Source: Vermamoeba vermiformis
Lineage: Eukaryota
Length of the DNA stretch: 64,000 nt
Direction: 5' to 3'
Assembly: GCA_045837725.1 (NCBI GenBank)
Contig: JBEWZL010000244.1
Location: forward strand, 186,001-250,000
A program made the position numbers and the translations under genes. The notes under the pieces are model-generated. The model searched no databases. It had not been told where the DNA came from and worked only from the letters and a program-made list of their open reading frames with translations. This document shows, piece by piece, positions 12,526 through 25,558 of this stretch. Numbering within the stretch: position 1 is the first letter of the stretch; the number at the start of each line of letters is the position of its first letter.

Positions 12526-14205
12526 ATGACAACACCAAACACCAAAGAAGAAGATGTCGTTACACTGACTGAGTTCGTGCAGCTTAATGAGAAGAAACTG
12601 TACGAATTGGAAGTCAATGCTAAGCATCAGGCTGAAGCAGGTTGGGGAGACGTAGAGTAAGTCTTTAACGTGATCTTCATTTTTTTCGTTATGCCACTAT
12701 CATATATACAGCATAACAAATGCTTGTTTCAATTTTCAAGCTGGAAGAAATAAATAAAAAAATTATTCTATAATTGAAATATTAATATTTCTTTACTAGT
12801 AAATGTACTTACGACGAAGGCTATGTCGAACAACCTGTTTATTCGTGCACAACATGCGCTCAAAAGCTCGGCAAAAGGGTTTGTGTCATGCGCTCGTAAA
12901 TGAACCTCACTTCATTACTGACTCCATCTCAGTTTGGCTTTTGTTTTGGCTGCAGCATGCATTGTCATCTCGAACACGACGTCATTGAGCTGTTTGATAA
13001 GAGGCACTTCCGCTGTGATTGTCCTGCAGAATGTGGTACGTAACCTTTTAAGATTTAAGACGTGAGTACTTAGTCCGACTTTAGACGCAACAAAGTGTCA
13101 GCTGCACGAGACTGTTGTCGATCAGAACACTGAGAATGCGTACAACCACAATTTTGATGGCCTGTATTGCTGGTGTCGCAAGCCCTACGACCACGACAGC
13201 GATGACGTGATGATCCAGTGCATCGTGTGCCAGGACTGGTTCCATGATACCTGCATTCAAAAGGTAGTATTTATTAAACCACGATCTCTTTTAACCTGGT
13301 CCTAGAACTACAAAGCGGCTGTCCCTGCCTCGAAAAAGAACGACTTCATCTGTCTCGACTGCTCTGAAAGGTGTTCGTTCCTTGGGCACTATTTGTCCAA
13401 CGAACAAAGCAACAAACCAACTGAGCCATCGGTTGTTGAGAAGAGCTCAGTCACAGTGGAGTCATTTATTAAAGTGGAAGATGTTACAAGTGAGGGCAAC
13501 ACTTCCACCACCTACTTCGAGAAGGTTCAAACTAGCGACGACTATCTTCAAAGCAACTCAAACACGAATCAAACAGCACCAGTCACTGAGAGTTCTAACA
13601 ACCAAGTAGAGCAAACTAGTGACAAATGCCTCATTGAAAACAAAGGTACGTGACACAACCTCTCTCAAACTTACTCACCTGTCATCAGAGCTGCCCTCGG
13701 CCCCTCTCGGCAATGTATTCTATGTGCGTGGTTGGAGATCACAGCTCTGTCGGTGCATAAAGTGCAAAGCAATGTACCAACAACTAGGCGTGCACTTCTT
13801 GATTGAAGACGCAGAGCCAGAATTTGAAGACGAAGAAGAGGACGATGAACAAGACGGCAGTGAAGTCAAGGGCACGAATGATATAGCGGACACTACAGTC
13901 AGCGTTCCAACACCTCAGATAACGTCTCTTTTGCCCGACATGCCGGCACTGATGAACGCGATGAAACGCAAGCTGAACCATGTGCAACAAATAGAAGTGG
14001 CTGAAACTCTTGATAACTTCAGAGAGGCATTCAAAGAATTCGTCAAACCGTTCGCTGAAACCGGGCAAGTGGTTACCCAAGAGGTACTATCCGGATGGGC
14101 GCTTGATCTTACGTGATTTTAATTTATTGCTACATATAGGACGTAAATAGATTCATGGAACAAATAGCAACAGGTCGCGAGCTTAAGAGAAGAAGAAGAT
14201 TGTAA
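12526..14205 (+). CDS. UBR7: UBR7-like E3 ligase (UBR-box + PHD)
   Basis: KCTYDEGYVEQPVYSCTTC, FCFGCSMHCHLEHDVIELFDKRHFRCDC, NAYNHNFDGLYCWCRKPY..MIQCIVCQDWFH, WRSQLCRCIKC, FVKPFAETGQVVTQEDV. Confidence 0.9.
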
Positions 14206-14284
14206 ATAAATTAGAATACACCAGATCGTTTTTCGATTTTTTGGTTTTATTTTTTCGGAGCGTATTTAAAAAATTAACATGAGT

Positions 14285-15189
<905 letters not shown>

Positions 15190-15216
15190 TTACCAAAGGG
15201 GAGTGACGAAAAAGAG

Positions 15217-15248
15217 GTTTATAAAATTTATAAAAAATCTGACCAATC
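15217..15248 (-). promoter_or_regulatory. Putative ribosomal-protein promoter element (inverted CCAAT + T-tract + TATAAA)
   Basis: Minus strand GATTGGTCAGATTTTTTATAAATTTTATAAAC, ~73 nt upstream of the RPS27A ATG; near-identical to the element upstream of RPL3. Confidence 0.6.
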
Positions 15249-15448
15249 TTGTGAGGGCAGGCGGATTTTCGAGCGCTTTTCTTTCAAACTACAAACGACC
15301 GTTTTTCAGCACAGATCAACCACCGGTCGATTAGGTTTATTGTATTTTCCTTCTTGGACCCATCCACCTATTTTTATTTGCGAGAGTAGTACCTCGCAAC
15401 AAGAAGGATTTCACCCGAATCAATCGACAATAAACCGAACTTTCACCA

Positions 15449-16804
15449 ATGAGCGATCGGAATCAAGCATCAGGTACATATGCATACATATTATACTAAT
15501 AATTACCCACATATTGCAAAAGCAATTAAATAATTTACTGAATGCGACATTCGCAAATTTCCTTGCCGTGTTGTAGTTATTGTACGCCTACAATAACATT
15601 TTTACTATACGGGAATTATTAATACGCATATTAGAGTAACAAATAATAAATTGCATTCCAAAAATAACGTTTGATCGAGAGGAGTAACAAGCCATTCAGA
15701 ATTTAGTTTTAGCCCTCTCACCTTAATCAAATAATATCACGTTATGTAATGCGTTCTTTTCCTGCGTACTTAGACAAGTTGTGTTCGGTCTTCATAAAAT
15801 CCAAATTTCTAACAAATTTATTCAGGCAACTCAAGCACGAGACTCAATGTCGACGATGATATTGTAAGGGACGACGAAGAGTCTTCCAAAAAGCGAGGCT
15901 TCTTTTGTTGCGCATGCTTTAAAAAATCGAAAAAGAAGAAGAAGCAAGTAGAAATGCCGAATTACAACGATAACACGAAGCGGGTCGCTAGAACAAATAA
16001 CCCTATCACTCAAGTGAATCCAGGACAAGATGACGATGATAGTGACGCAGCCACTGTTCATTACAATATTCAAGAACACATCCCGAAGGAACCGTTATTG
16101 CCTCCTCAGTTCAAGAAACATACAAACAAAAACTGTTTGGTTTTGGATTTGGACGAGACATTAGTACATAGTTCATTCAAACACGTTCCGGGAGCGGACT
16201 TCATTATTCCGGTTGAGATCGAGAATGTAGTTCATCAAGTTTATGTCATGAAGAGGCCAGGCGTTGATGAATTTATGAAGCGAGTAGGACAACTGTTCGA
16301 AGTCGTCGTATTTACCGCGAGTTTATCCAAGGTAAGTGAAACTACAACTTCTACAAACGGTTATTGAACCACTGTTCGATCTACTGCTCGAGGAACTGAT
16401 CAATTGAATTTAGTACGCCGATCCCGTATTGGACTTGCTTGATATCCACAAGGTTATTGCACATCGCTTATTCCGAGAGGCTTGCTCAACTCACCGTGGC
16501 AGCTATGTTAAGGTACGCAGATCTATCCGAGAAAACAGTAAATTTGAAGGGCGCTAACTCGGATTATTAGGACTTGAGCAAATTGGGACGAAACGTCGCT
16601 ACAACTATTATCATTGACAATTCACCTCACTCTTACCTGTTCCATCCGCAGAACGCTATTCCCGTTCAAAGTTGGATCAGCGACATGAATGACACGGAGT
16701 TGTTAGAACTGCTTCCTCTGTTGGAGGACCTTTCTAAGGTTAACGACGTTGTGCCGTACCTGGCGACTGCTCGAATGAACGGTTACAGAAAACCCTCCTC
16801 ATAA
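15449..16804 (+). CDS. CTDSP: CTD small phosphatase-like (SCP1/Psr1, FCP1-homology HAD)
   Basis: [14 protein letters not shown] catalytic motif, [48 protein letters not shown]; first exon MSDRNQAS splices in phase to G-NSSTRL. Confidence 0.93.
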
Positions 16805-17179
16805 AAGAGCCGGATTCAAAATGGTGTTACCCTGTACCATAATTGCCATTTTGTTTTGTATAATAGTTTGAATGTTAAATAATAAAACGAAATGATTTTG
16901 TAAATTGGTCCTCTTTGATCGTCAACGTCTCTGATCCGATCTTCGAATTCCTACAGACAATTGATTTGCCGACAAATTGCCAATGTATCATCGAACAGAT
17001 TGTGGCTATGATTTAAACTGCTTGCCAATCCCATCTAAATCCGCATTCGCTTATGTTCGAACTACGTAGTTCGGTACTGACGAACTCGATTATGAGCAAA
17101 TCAATTCGTACGCACCTATTAATTGTCGTTTCTCTTCTTTCGCTGGCCTAATTTGGGGACGATCCGGAAGAAGCACCAG

Positions 17180-17210
17180 GATTGGTCCGTTTTTTATCAA
17201 TTTTATAAAG
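17180..17210 (+). promoter_or_regulatory. Putative ribosomal-protein promoter element (inverted CCAAT + T-tract + TATAAA)
   Basis: GATTGGTCCGTTTTTTATCAATTTTATAAAG, ~60 nt upstream of the RPL3 ATG and followed by a pyrimidine tract. Confidence 0.6.
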
Positions 17211-17270
17211 CCGAACAAAAATCTTTGTTTCGCTTCTTCTCTCTATCTGTTGCGTTACTAGGTAGTCAAC

Positions 17271-18809
17271 ATGTCGCACCGTAAATTTGAAGGTACTATT
17301 AATAAGTCATCTAATATTAATCGAACAGCTAGCTAACGTATTTTTCTAGCCCCTCGACGTGGTTCTCTTGGATTCACCCCAAGAAAGAGATCGAAGAGAC
17401 ATCGTGGAAGAGGTAAATATTATATTAAAATACCGTTACACTTTATTAGTGTTATTAGGTTATTTTGACCTAGGATATTGCGTTGAAGAATATTATTTTT
17501 AAATTATTATTTTACAGTCAGAAAGTTCCCCAAGGACGATGCTAGCAAGAAGCCCCACTTGACTGCTTTCATCGGCTACAAGGCTGGTATGACTCACATT
17601 GTCCGTGAGGTCGAGAAGCCTGGCTCCAGTAAGTTTTGAATCTCATGCGATCTAGTCGATCAGGCGTTAATCAAAGTAAAATAGGATTGCACAAGAAGGA
17701 AGTCGTTGAACCCGTCACCATCGTTGAAGCTCCCCCTATGGTCATCATCGGTGTTGTTGGTTACGTCGAAACCCCCAAGGGTCTCCGCACTTTGTCCACC
17801 GTGTGGGCTGCTCACTTGGGTGAGGAAGTCTTGAGACGCTTCTACAAGAACTGGTACCGCTCCAAGCAAAAGGCCTTCACCAAGTACGCCAAGAAGGTCG
17901 CTGAGGATAAGGCCAACACCGTCACCCGCGAGTTGGACAGAATCCGCAAGTACTGCACTGTTGTCCGTGTCATTGCCCACACTCAAATCAGACAACTCAA
18001 GCTCCGCCAAAAGAAGGCTCACATCATGGAAATCCAAGTAAGTAGAGAGCGGGTTTAGAGAACAATTGTCTCTCCTACACCATGCAGCAATCTTTTTGAA
18101 ATGCGTTGCCTGGTACCTTGAGACATATATCCATTTATTATTATGTGCTTATTAAACACAGTAACTTACAATCCTTTATTACTAGATCAACGGTGGTTCC
18201 ATCGCCGACAAGGTTGCCTTCGCCGAGAAGCACTTTGAACAAAAGGTTTCCGTCGACTCCGTCTTTGAGGAGAACGAAATGATTGACGTCATCGCCGTCA
18301 CCAAGGGTAAGGGCTTCGAGGGTGTTACCACTCGTTGGGGTACCCGCCGTTTGCCCCGCAAGACCCACAAGGGTTTGCGCAAGGTCGGATGTATCGGAGC
18401 TTGGCATCCTGCCCGTGTCTCTTGGTCAGTGCCCCGCGCTGGTCAAAACGGTTACCACCACCGTACCATCATCAACAAGAAGGTCTACCGCATTGGCAAG
18501 GCTGGTCGTGACGACACTGGTTCCACTGAATTCGACTTGACCAAGAAGACCATCAACCCCGTCGGTGGCTTCCCTCACTACGGTATGGTCACTGAAGACT
18601 TCTTGATGCTCAAGGGTGGTGTTACTGGTACTCGCAAGAGAGCCATCACCTTGAGAAAGTCCCTCGTTCCTCAAACTCGTCGTGTTGCTTTGGAGAAGAT
18701 CCAACTCAAGTTCATCGATACTGCCTCCAAGTTCGGTCACGGTCGCTTCCAAACCCTCGATGAAAAGAAAAAGTTCATGGGCTTGCGCAAGAAGGACCGC
18801 ACTGTCTAA
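17271..18809 (+). CDS. RPL3: 60S ribosomal protein L3 (uL3)
   Basis: [38 protein letters not shown]-type motif [41 protein letters not shown]; 4 introns; strong codon bias. Confidence 0.98.
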
Positions 18810-18945
18810 GACGATGCAATAATAATAAAACAATTAAAAATCGAAGAGCTCTTTGTTAATTCGGTGCGACTGGTTCACCTGGACCAAAAATAAAATCCGA
18901 TTAAAAAACAAACCTTTTAGTTGTTAGTGTTCTATTTATTTACAA

Positions 18946-20291
18946 TTAACCGTCTAGTTCATATGATTGTTCATCATCAGAGGCCGAGTCAAACTCTAAT
19001 GACTGATCGAAGTGACGGATGGGTGGGCGAGGACTTTCAAGCGCGGCAAGACGAGGCTTGGGCAATAGAGCGTCACGAACAGTTGAACCAACGGACTGGC
19101 CTGCAAATGTAGCAATGACCATGATAGCGCCGCGCCAGAACCAGTGATCGCTGCGAATAACTAGCGAAGTCAAACCAGCTGCGGCAGTGCCTCCGATGAG
19201 CGAGAATGAACGACCAATAAAGTCACGCAAAGCCATCTAAATACTCAGTGAGTTAGCAGTACTTTGGCAAGTTCAGTGCCACTTACCAGCAGGAATTCTG
19301 TAAGGGTCATCTCGCGCTTGATAGTGGCGATCAAATCAACACTCAAGTGGAACATGAATGCCGCGGAATCGAAGAAGAGAGTCGACACAAAGTGATCGCC
19401 GCTGATGTAGAGGAATCGTGAGAGTGCTGGACTGCTCACTGCTTTGTACAGCGGCACTGTAAAGTCCTGTGAAGCGGCGTGTCAGTACTGACAGCACATG
19501 TCAACTCGTGTCATTACCTGCACGGTGTAGAATGGTCCAGCATAGGTAGTGCCAGTGATTGCAGAGTGTGCTCGTCTGCCGAGGTCGAGTAGAGGTCTCA
19601 AAGTGCGTTCAAAACGACGTGACACTACTACATCTGCTGGCAAACCCCATCGAGTGCTGAGAAATGCTTTGCCTGCGACCTAAGACAATATTAATATTGG
19701 GCAATGGTACTCGTATGGCCATGGGCTACGTACCTGCATTGTCTTTTGAATGGCACCACGAGTAGCAGCGTGGATGGAGTCGTCAATGACTTGTTGTTTC
19801 TTGACTATTCTTCTTCGTCTCCACATTTTTTTCACTGCGAACACGGGGTCATTGGACAACCAGTCAGCAAAGTCCTGTTGTTCAGGGTGTTAGAATTACG
19901 ACTAAAATTTTCCCTTTAATTATTATGCGATTTTTTTGCAAAGAAGAGTGACTAGAATTGCGACATAAAGGTATTAATGCACAAAAAAATATAAATAATA
20001 AAGTGGTAATATCCATTTGATTATTAAAATTCGTGCTACGAAGTTAATTTCTTTGCAACTCGAGTAGATCAGATCCTTGCGACCAATCGAATTATATGTC
20101 GATATTTATGCCTTGGCATCACTTACCATAACATTTTTAATATCGGGTGGTACTGTTTGAACAAAACTAATCATTCCACCAGCCATAGCCGCATTCAGCG
20201 CGGCAATCATGCTAATATCACGAGCGGCCTTGGGTGGGTTTAAATTGCGAATAAACTTCTTCCAATAAGACTCGGTGACTGTATTCGCCAT
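18946..20291 (-). CDS. Uncharacterised protein with C-terminal hydrophobic helices
   Basis: Five exons splice in frame (MANTVTESYWKK.. / DFADWLSNDPVFAVKKMWRRRR.. / VAGKAFLSTRW.. / DFTVPLYKAV.. / MALRDFIGRS..ELDG*); no family recognised. Confidence 0.65.
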
Positions 20292-20415
20292 TCTACAAGC
20301 TGTTTTGTGGCCTCGCAAGGGACTGAAAAGAATAAATTAAACACGCACATGAAAGTTGCTCATTTCGTGTCAGCACCGAGTCTGGTAAACAATACTTCTG
20401 TGCCATATTATTCAT

Positions 20416-21889
20416 ATGGAACAGTGTGCATTTTGTAATACGGTATGCGAGCAGAATAAGACTGTAATGTAATGTAGTGTCACTGACAAATTGAATTTAC
20501 ATTACAGACAATTCCAAGAGAGTTAAGATCATATATAGCACTATGTGGGCACCTCGTGTATGTCATTAGAATGAGTGTTAGATTTTTTGGCAGTTCTCGA
20601 AAATAATATTATTATTTTCTTAGATGTGACAACTGCTACACCAAAATTTTTATCGAGAAGCAATATACGACGACTAAAAAAGAGGTAATTTAATTACGAG
20701 AGTTTTATTGGCTCCGATTAATTTGCACTAATTTTTTGGTAACTTTTCTTCCGTCTCTTTGCAGCTGTGATTATCGGCCTATTAAAACACTGATATGAAT
20801 ACTAATTGTCGGACCATATGCTAGATATGTCCTAAATGCAATACACAACTAGCCAAAGGCCTATTATTCCATCGCACCTATGCTGATATTGGTCTAAATC
20901 GTTACAACGAAGTCCGCGCACAAATACTACGAGTGTAGGCAGAGCTGAACACATTAATGAGAATATATAGTATAGGGACTAATATTAATATGTAGCTACA
21001 ATCTCGTGCGGTCAGACTTCAATTCTTTAGACGCATATAATAATTACTTGGAAGAGCGTGAAAAGCTTAGTACGTGTTTGAAACGGATTTCCTTATTTGG
21101 AAAATAAGCTAACAGAGCACTCGATATTTTGCAGTTTATAACCTAGTATATGACGTGGACGTGAAAGAAACAAATGCAAAAATAGAAAAATACAAAGCTG
21201 AGCACCAAGACATTATTGCAGCAAAAGCCAACAAAAAAGTAATTGCGGGTTAATATTAATGTATGTCTGTTATTAACACCTTGCCCAGTATACCAATGAA
21301 GAGTTACATCGCATGCGTCGTGCGTATATTGTAGAAGAGCATAAGAAGCTCGCTCAAATGCGCAAGTTGCGTGAAAACATGTTAGAGGACTTGTCATATG
21401 GCCGCATTGGCTCGCAAGAGCTGCTCTTGTTGACAGATGTCAAAGGTGACACGCCAATGCAAGAGGCTGATGGCACGTCCTGGGAACAGGCCATTACTGA
21501 CAACAACACCAATGCCAAGCCTGCAGCCCCTGCCGCAGATACACGGGCACGCATCAAGTAAGTGTCTAAGTGCCATCATACGACATACTGACGTCTGACA
21601 CGTTTGACAGCTACACACCTCGTGCACAGTCGGTGATGGTCACTGAATTTCAACTGCCCAAGCCAGTCACCGGAAATCAAATGCCGACGAACTTCAAAGC
21701 CCCGAATGCCAAGCAAGAGATGTAAGTCCGTACAATATTGTGCACATCAGTGTTAACACTCGCTACTGTAGTGACCGCGAGAAGGCCAAGAAACAAGTGC
21801 GAGCAGGCGGGTACAAAGATGACGTGCACCGCAGTCGATTGCTGAGCGAAGCATTTGAAGGCCTGTTTGTGCCGACTGACACGTCATGA
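20416..21889 (+). CDS. MNAT1: CDK-activating kinase assembly factor MAT1 (TFIIH)
   Basis: RING MEQCAFC..CGHLVCDNC..CPKC; YNLVRSDFNSLDAYNNYLEERE..YNLVYDVDVKETNAKIEKY; C-terminal AGGY..RLLSEAFEGLF; many small exons missed by the ORF track. Confidence 0.88.
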
Positions 21890-22026
21890 CACTTTGACAG
21901 CGCTGAATACACCTCATGTACATAGAAAAATAAATCTGTGCTCATGGCACTTGCGAACAAGAAGAGAAGTGTTGGTATTAACAATCCGCAGTATATTTAC
22001 ATTTATTACAAGTGCACTAGAGCAGT

Positions 22027-23196
22027 TTAGCTGAGAGTGATGTTAATGGGCTTCACTCCTTGGCGTCGAGCTCCCTTTGAACGGCGTCGACCCACCATGT
22101 TGAGGTATTCGTCATTGCGAATTTCGTAGATATTAGTACGCGCAATGTTGACATTGGCGGGCAGGGTCAAGTTGAGTTCTTTGAGGATAGCTTGCGAGCG
22201 AGGGTTGCTGTACCAGTGCTGACCCGTGCCAAAGAACGGTGCTTGGGTCCAGTCAAAGTGCGTGTTGCAGCGTGTGCAGTGCATGTGATTGCAGCCACCG
22301 TTCTTTTCAATGGCAGCAAAGCACTTGGGGCAGCAGAGAATGTGGTTCTTAACAGCGTATTCGAGCAGTTTGTCGTGACTCAATTGCTTCTCCATGCGAA
22401 GGCGACGAGCGTCTTCACAGCTGTAGCCCAAGTGGGGCTCGTTTTGGCATTGGCAGCAAACGCCCTTCAAACAGATGGAGCAGCGCATGGCGCCGTCGAG
22501 GTCAACAACTAAGCGGCCAGAGCAGCCCTTCTGTTGGCAGTGACCCCATTGGTTGAGCGAGATCAAGCATCGACGCAAGCCATTCCATGCAAATTGATTG
22601 AGGGTAGCTTCATCGACGTATTCTTTAAGGATGCTGTGCTCGAGAATGTACTTGCAGTTCTTTGAGGGGCATTCTAAGGAGAGAATTTGTTAAGAACGGA
22701 TTCATACAATTTTGATGCAGGACTACTTACTGACACCATAGAAATCATATCTATTGACGCTCAAATGTCCGTCAGATGGTTCAATCTTATAAACCTGTTC
22801 AAAGTCATTAATAAGCGAAATTGAACCGAGTTTGACTGGACTTACAGTGTGCGAGAGAGATTGAGGCTCATCGCGTCTGATCATCAAAGTGAGATATTGG
22901 CCAAGGCACTCTTTGCAAAATTTATGGCCGCACTCAAGGGTATTCATCTCGACCTCGAGGAAACAGATCGAGCATTCATTTTCGTCAAAGGACTCGTCAA
23001 ATTCAGAGCTAGTTGTACTAACCGAGGAGGAACTTCGGTCTCTGGGGTGAGAGAGATCACTTTCCATGATCTCCTCCTCGAATTGGTCGTACAACTCGTC
23101 TTCGCTCTCGTCCGAGTCGAATGCACTTCGGTAGAACTTCTCGTCGCCTTGCAAGCGAGCCACGAGGGCAGAAGCAGAGCAGTTGTACTTGGACAT
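22027..23196 (-). CDS. RBR (RING-IBR-RING) E3 ubiquitin ligase
   Basis: CSICF..LECGHKFCKEC, IBR-like CQQKGC..CSICLKGVCCQCQNEPHLGYSC, RING2 CPKCFAAIEKNGGCNHMHCTRC; one intron ~22675-22729. Confidence 0.87.
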
Positions 23197-23832
23197 GTGG
23201 GGCGTGGGTGGTTGGTGGGTTTGGAACTGAAATAATATCAGCGTGCACGGCCAGTTTTAAGTGCTCCCTTCTGACAAATTTCGCAGCCGAATTCTGCGAT
23301 CTAAATGTGAAATTGAATTCGCATGCTGTTTAACTGAATGAAAGCTTTGAGCTTTGTGCACCACAAACGGTTGCATATTTTTGTTGCGCGTACATGCTAC
23401 TTTACTCGGGAGGAGTGCTGTACAAGAACCTGGCAGATGAGATTAACGAAAGACTTGTGTACCACTAAACAGAATGTCTACCTATTGGCCGACTTAGTCT
23501 GCTAGTAATTTTAATTTATAATGGTGGATAAGGCAATAAATAACTTTAACCTCACGCAAATCGTGATTGAATGAAAACCGACATAAAAAATCAAAAATTA
23601 AAAATCAAGCTTACACAAATATTACACATAATATGGGTACAGATTACAATGTACCTAAATTTAAGCGCATCGTATGTGTCATAATGTCAGTAATGTTCTT
23701 CGTCTTTTTCTGAATATTTTTTCTGGCCTTTTTTTTTCAGCCGCAAAAAAAATTATAAAGAGATTTTGACAGGCACAAAAAATATTTCAACAAAGAGTCA
23801 ATAGTCCACAACTACTCTTTCAAATTACCAAC

Positions 23833-25162
23833 ATGTACAAGAACGTTTGCATCGTTTTGTTGCTCGTGCTCGCCACCGCTTTTGCCGGTCGTCACCACGT
23901 CCGCCCCGTTCGTATTCAACAAGAATCCGAAATGTTGGGTCTCTGCGAAGGTAAGAAATAACTTGACTCTGCAATACAAACTAGGAGTTGCAATCATATT
24001 CAAGATTTTGTCGGCCATAAACAAATAACTGTTGGTTGAAGATCACAAAAAAAATCAGAAATTACGAGTTTAAGACTTAATTTATAGCACTAAACATCGC
24101 CTTATAATTGCAAAAGATACTTCGGGATTACATTGCGTGCCGATAATATTTAATCACATTTTTTTTTTGACATTGCTCGTATTTCTAAATCTGCTTTCCT
24201 ACAAGTTATTTTATTACCCTCTTGTGTACGCATAATTAATGTATCTAATTTAGGCTGCCACTTCGTTGTTGGTCTTGTTGAACAAGAAGTCGACGGTAAC
24301 AGACAACAAATCGAGGCTTACCTCCAAGACGTCTGCAACATTGTTCCCGCCACCGTCCGCCCTGCTGTAAGTAGCTAAAAATTCAATATATGATACGTTT
24401 GAATAGCTACAGAGTCTGCTTGTGATTCTGTGGCCCTAAACTTTTTTGTTCTTCCGTTGTCCGATCCCCTAATTACACCGACTCACCACACCTCTATTGC
24501 AGTGCACTCAAATCGTTGGTTCTTACTCCGATGAGTTGATCACTTACATCCTCAACCAAATCACCCCCGCTGTTGCCTGCAACAAGCTCGGTGTTTGCTC
24601 ATCTGCCCCTCGTTTGACTCAACTCTTGAGCACCCCCGTCAAGAGCCGCGATCAAAACCTCTGCACTGAGTGCGAGAGCGCCGTGTTCTTCGTTCAACTC
24701 TACTTGAAGTCGAACAGCACCATCACCCAAGTCAACCAGATGGTCAACCAACTCTGCTCCACTTTGTTCCCCTCCAACCCCTCTCAATGCGAGGCTCTTG
24801 CTCAAATTGGTGTCCAATACGTCTTGGCCTTCTTGAACGGCAACAGCCCTCAAACTATCTGCACTGACCTCAAGCTCTGCACTTCTGTTCGCAAGCTCTT
24901 GGCTGAGGCTCGTCTCCGCTCCGAGACTGGCTCTCTCTGCTCTTTGTGCGAGGTTGTTGCCCAATGGGGTGAGAACGAGCTCCTCTCTGTCAACGTCGAG
25001 AACACTCTCGTCGCTGCCGTCGATCAGGTCTGCGCTGCTTTGCCCGAGTCTTGGTCCGCCAACTGCTCTCAACTCGTTGCTGGTCTCTTGCCTCAACTCT
25101 TGGCTCAACTCGTTGCCAACTACCCTCCCAACACCCTCTGCGGTCTTGCTACTCTCTGCTAA
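23833..25162 (+). CDS. Secreted/lysosomal saposin-like (SAPLIP) protein with three SapB domains
   Basis: Signal peptide MYKNVCIVLLLVLATAFA; three repeats of C..C ... C ... C ... P..C..L.LC; strongly biased codons suggest high expression. Confidence 0.88.
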
Positions 25163-25558
25163 GCCGTTCTACGGGCTTGCACTCGACTCGACACGATCTG
25201 CTTTCGATAGAGCGTCGAGTTGAGTCTTAGTGTCATTAATATCCCATTAGTTCCTTAATACTAAATAAACCGCTTGTTGGTAAATATCGTCACATGGTCC
25301 CAAAGTCTTGCTCTGTTGTGTCCGCTGGTCCGATCAAACTTTTCGTTGCAGTATTCGTGTCACATTTCAAAATGATGACCGCTCATCGATTATTCTAGAA
25401 GTTGTTTCAATGCTTCCTGCATTGTACACTGATGTGTCTTATAGCAAGGACTACCCAGATCATGACATTCTTGTCGATTAGATCCGGCGGTAGTGTCTTC
25501 CCTGAAAGAACTGATTCTTTTCTAATACAACACTCTTAGTTCGTTATTTAACACCATT

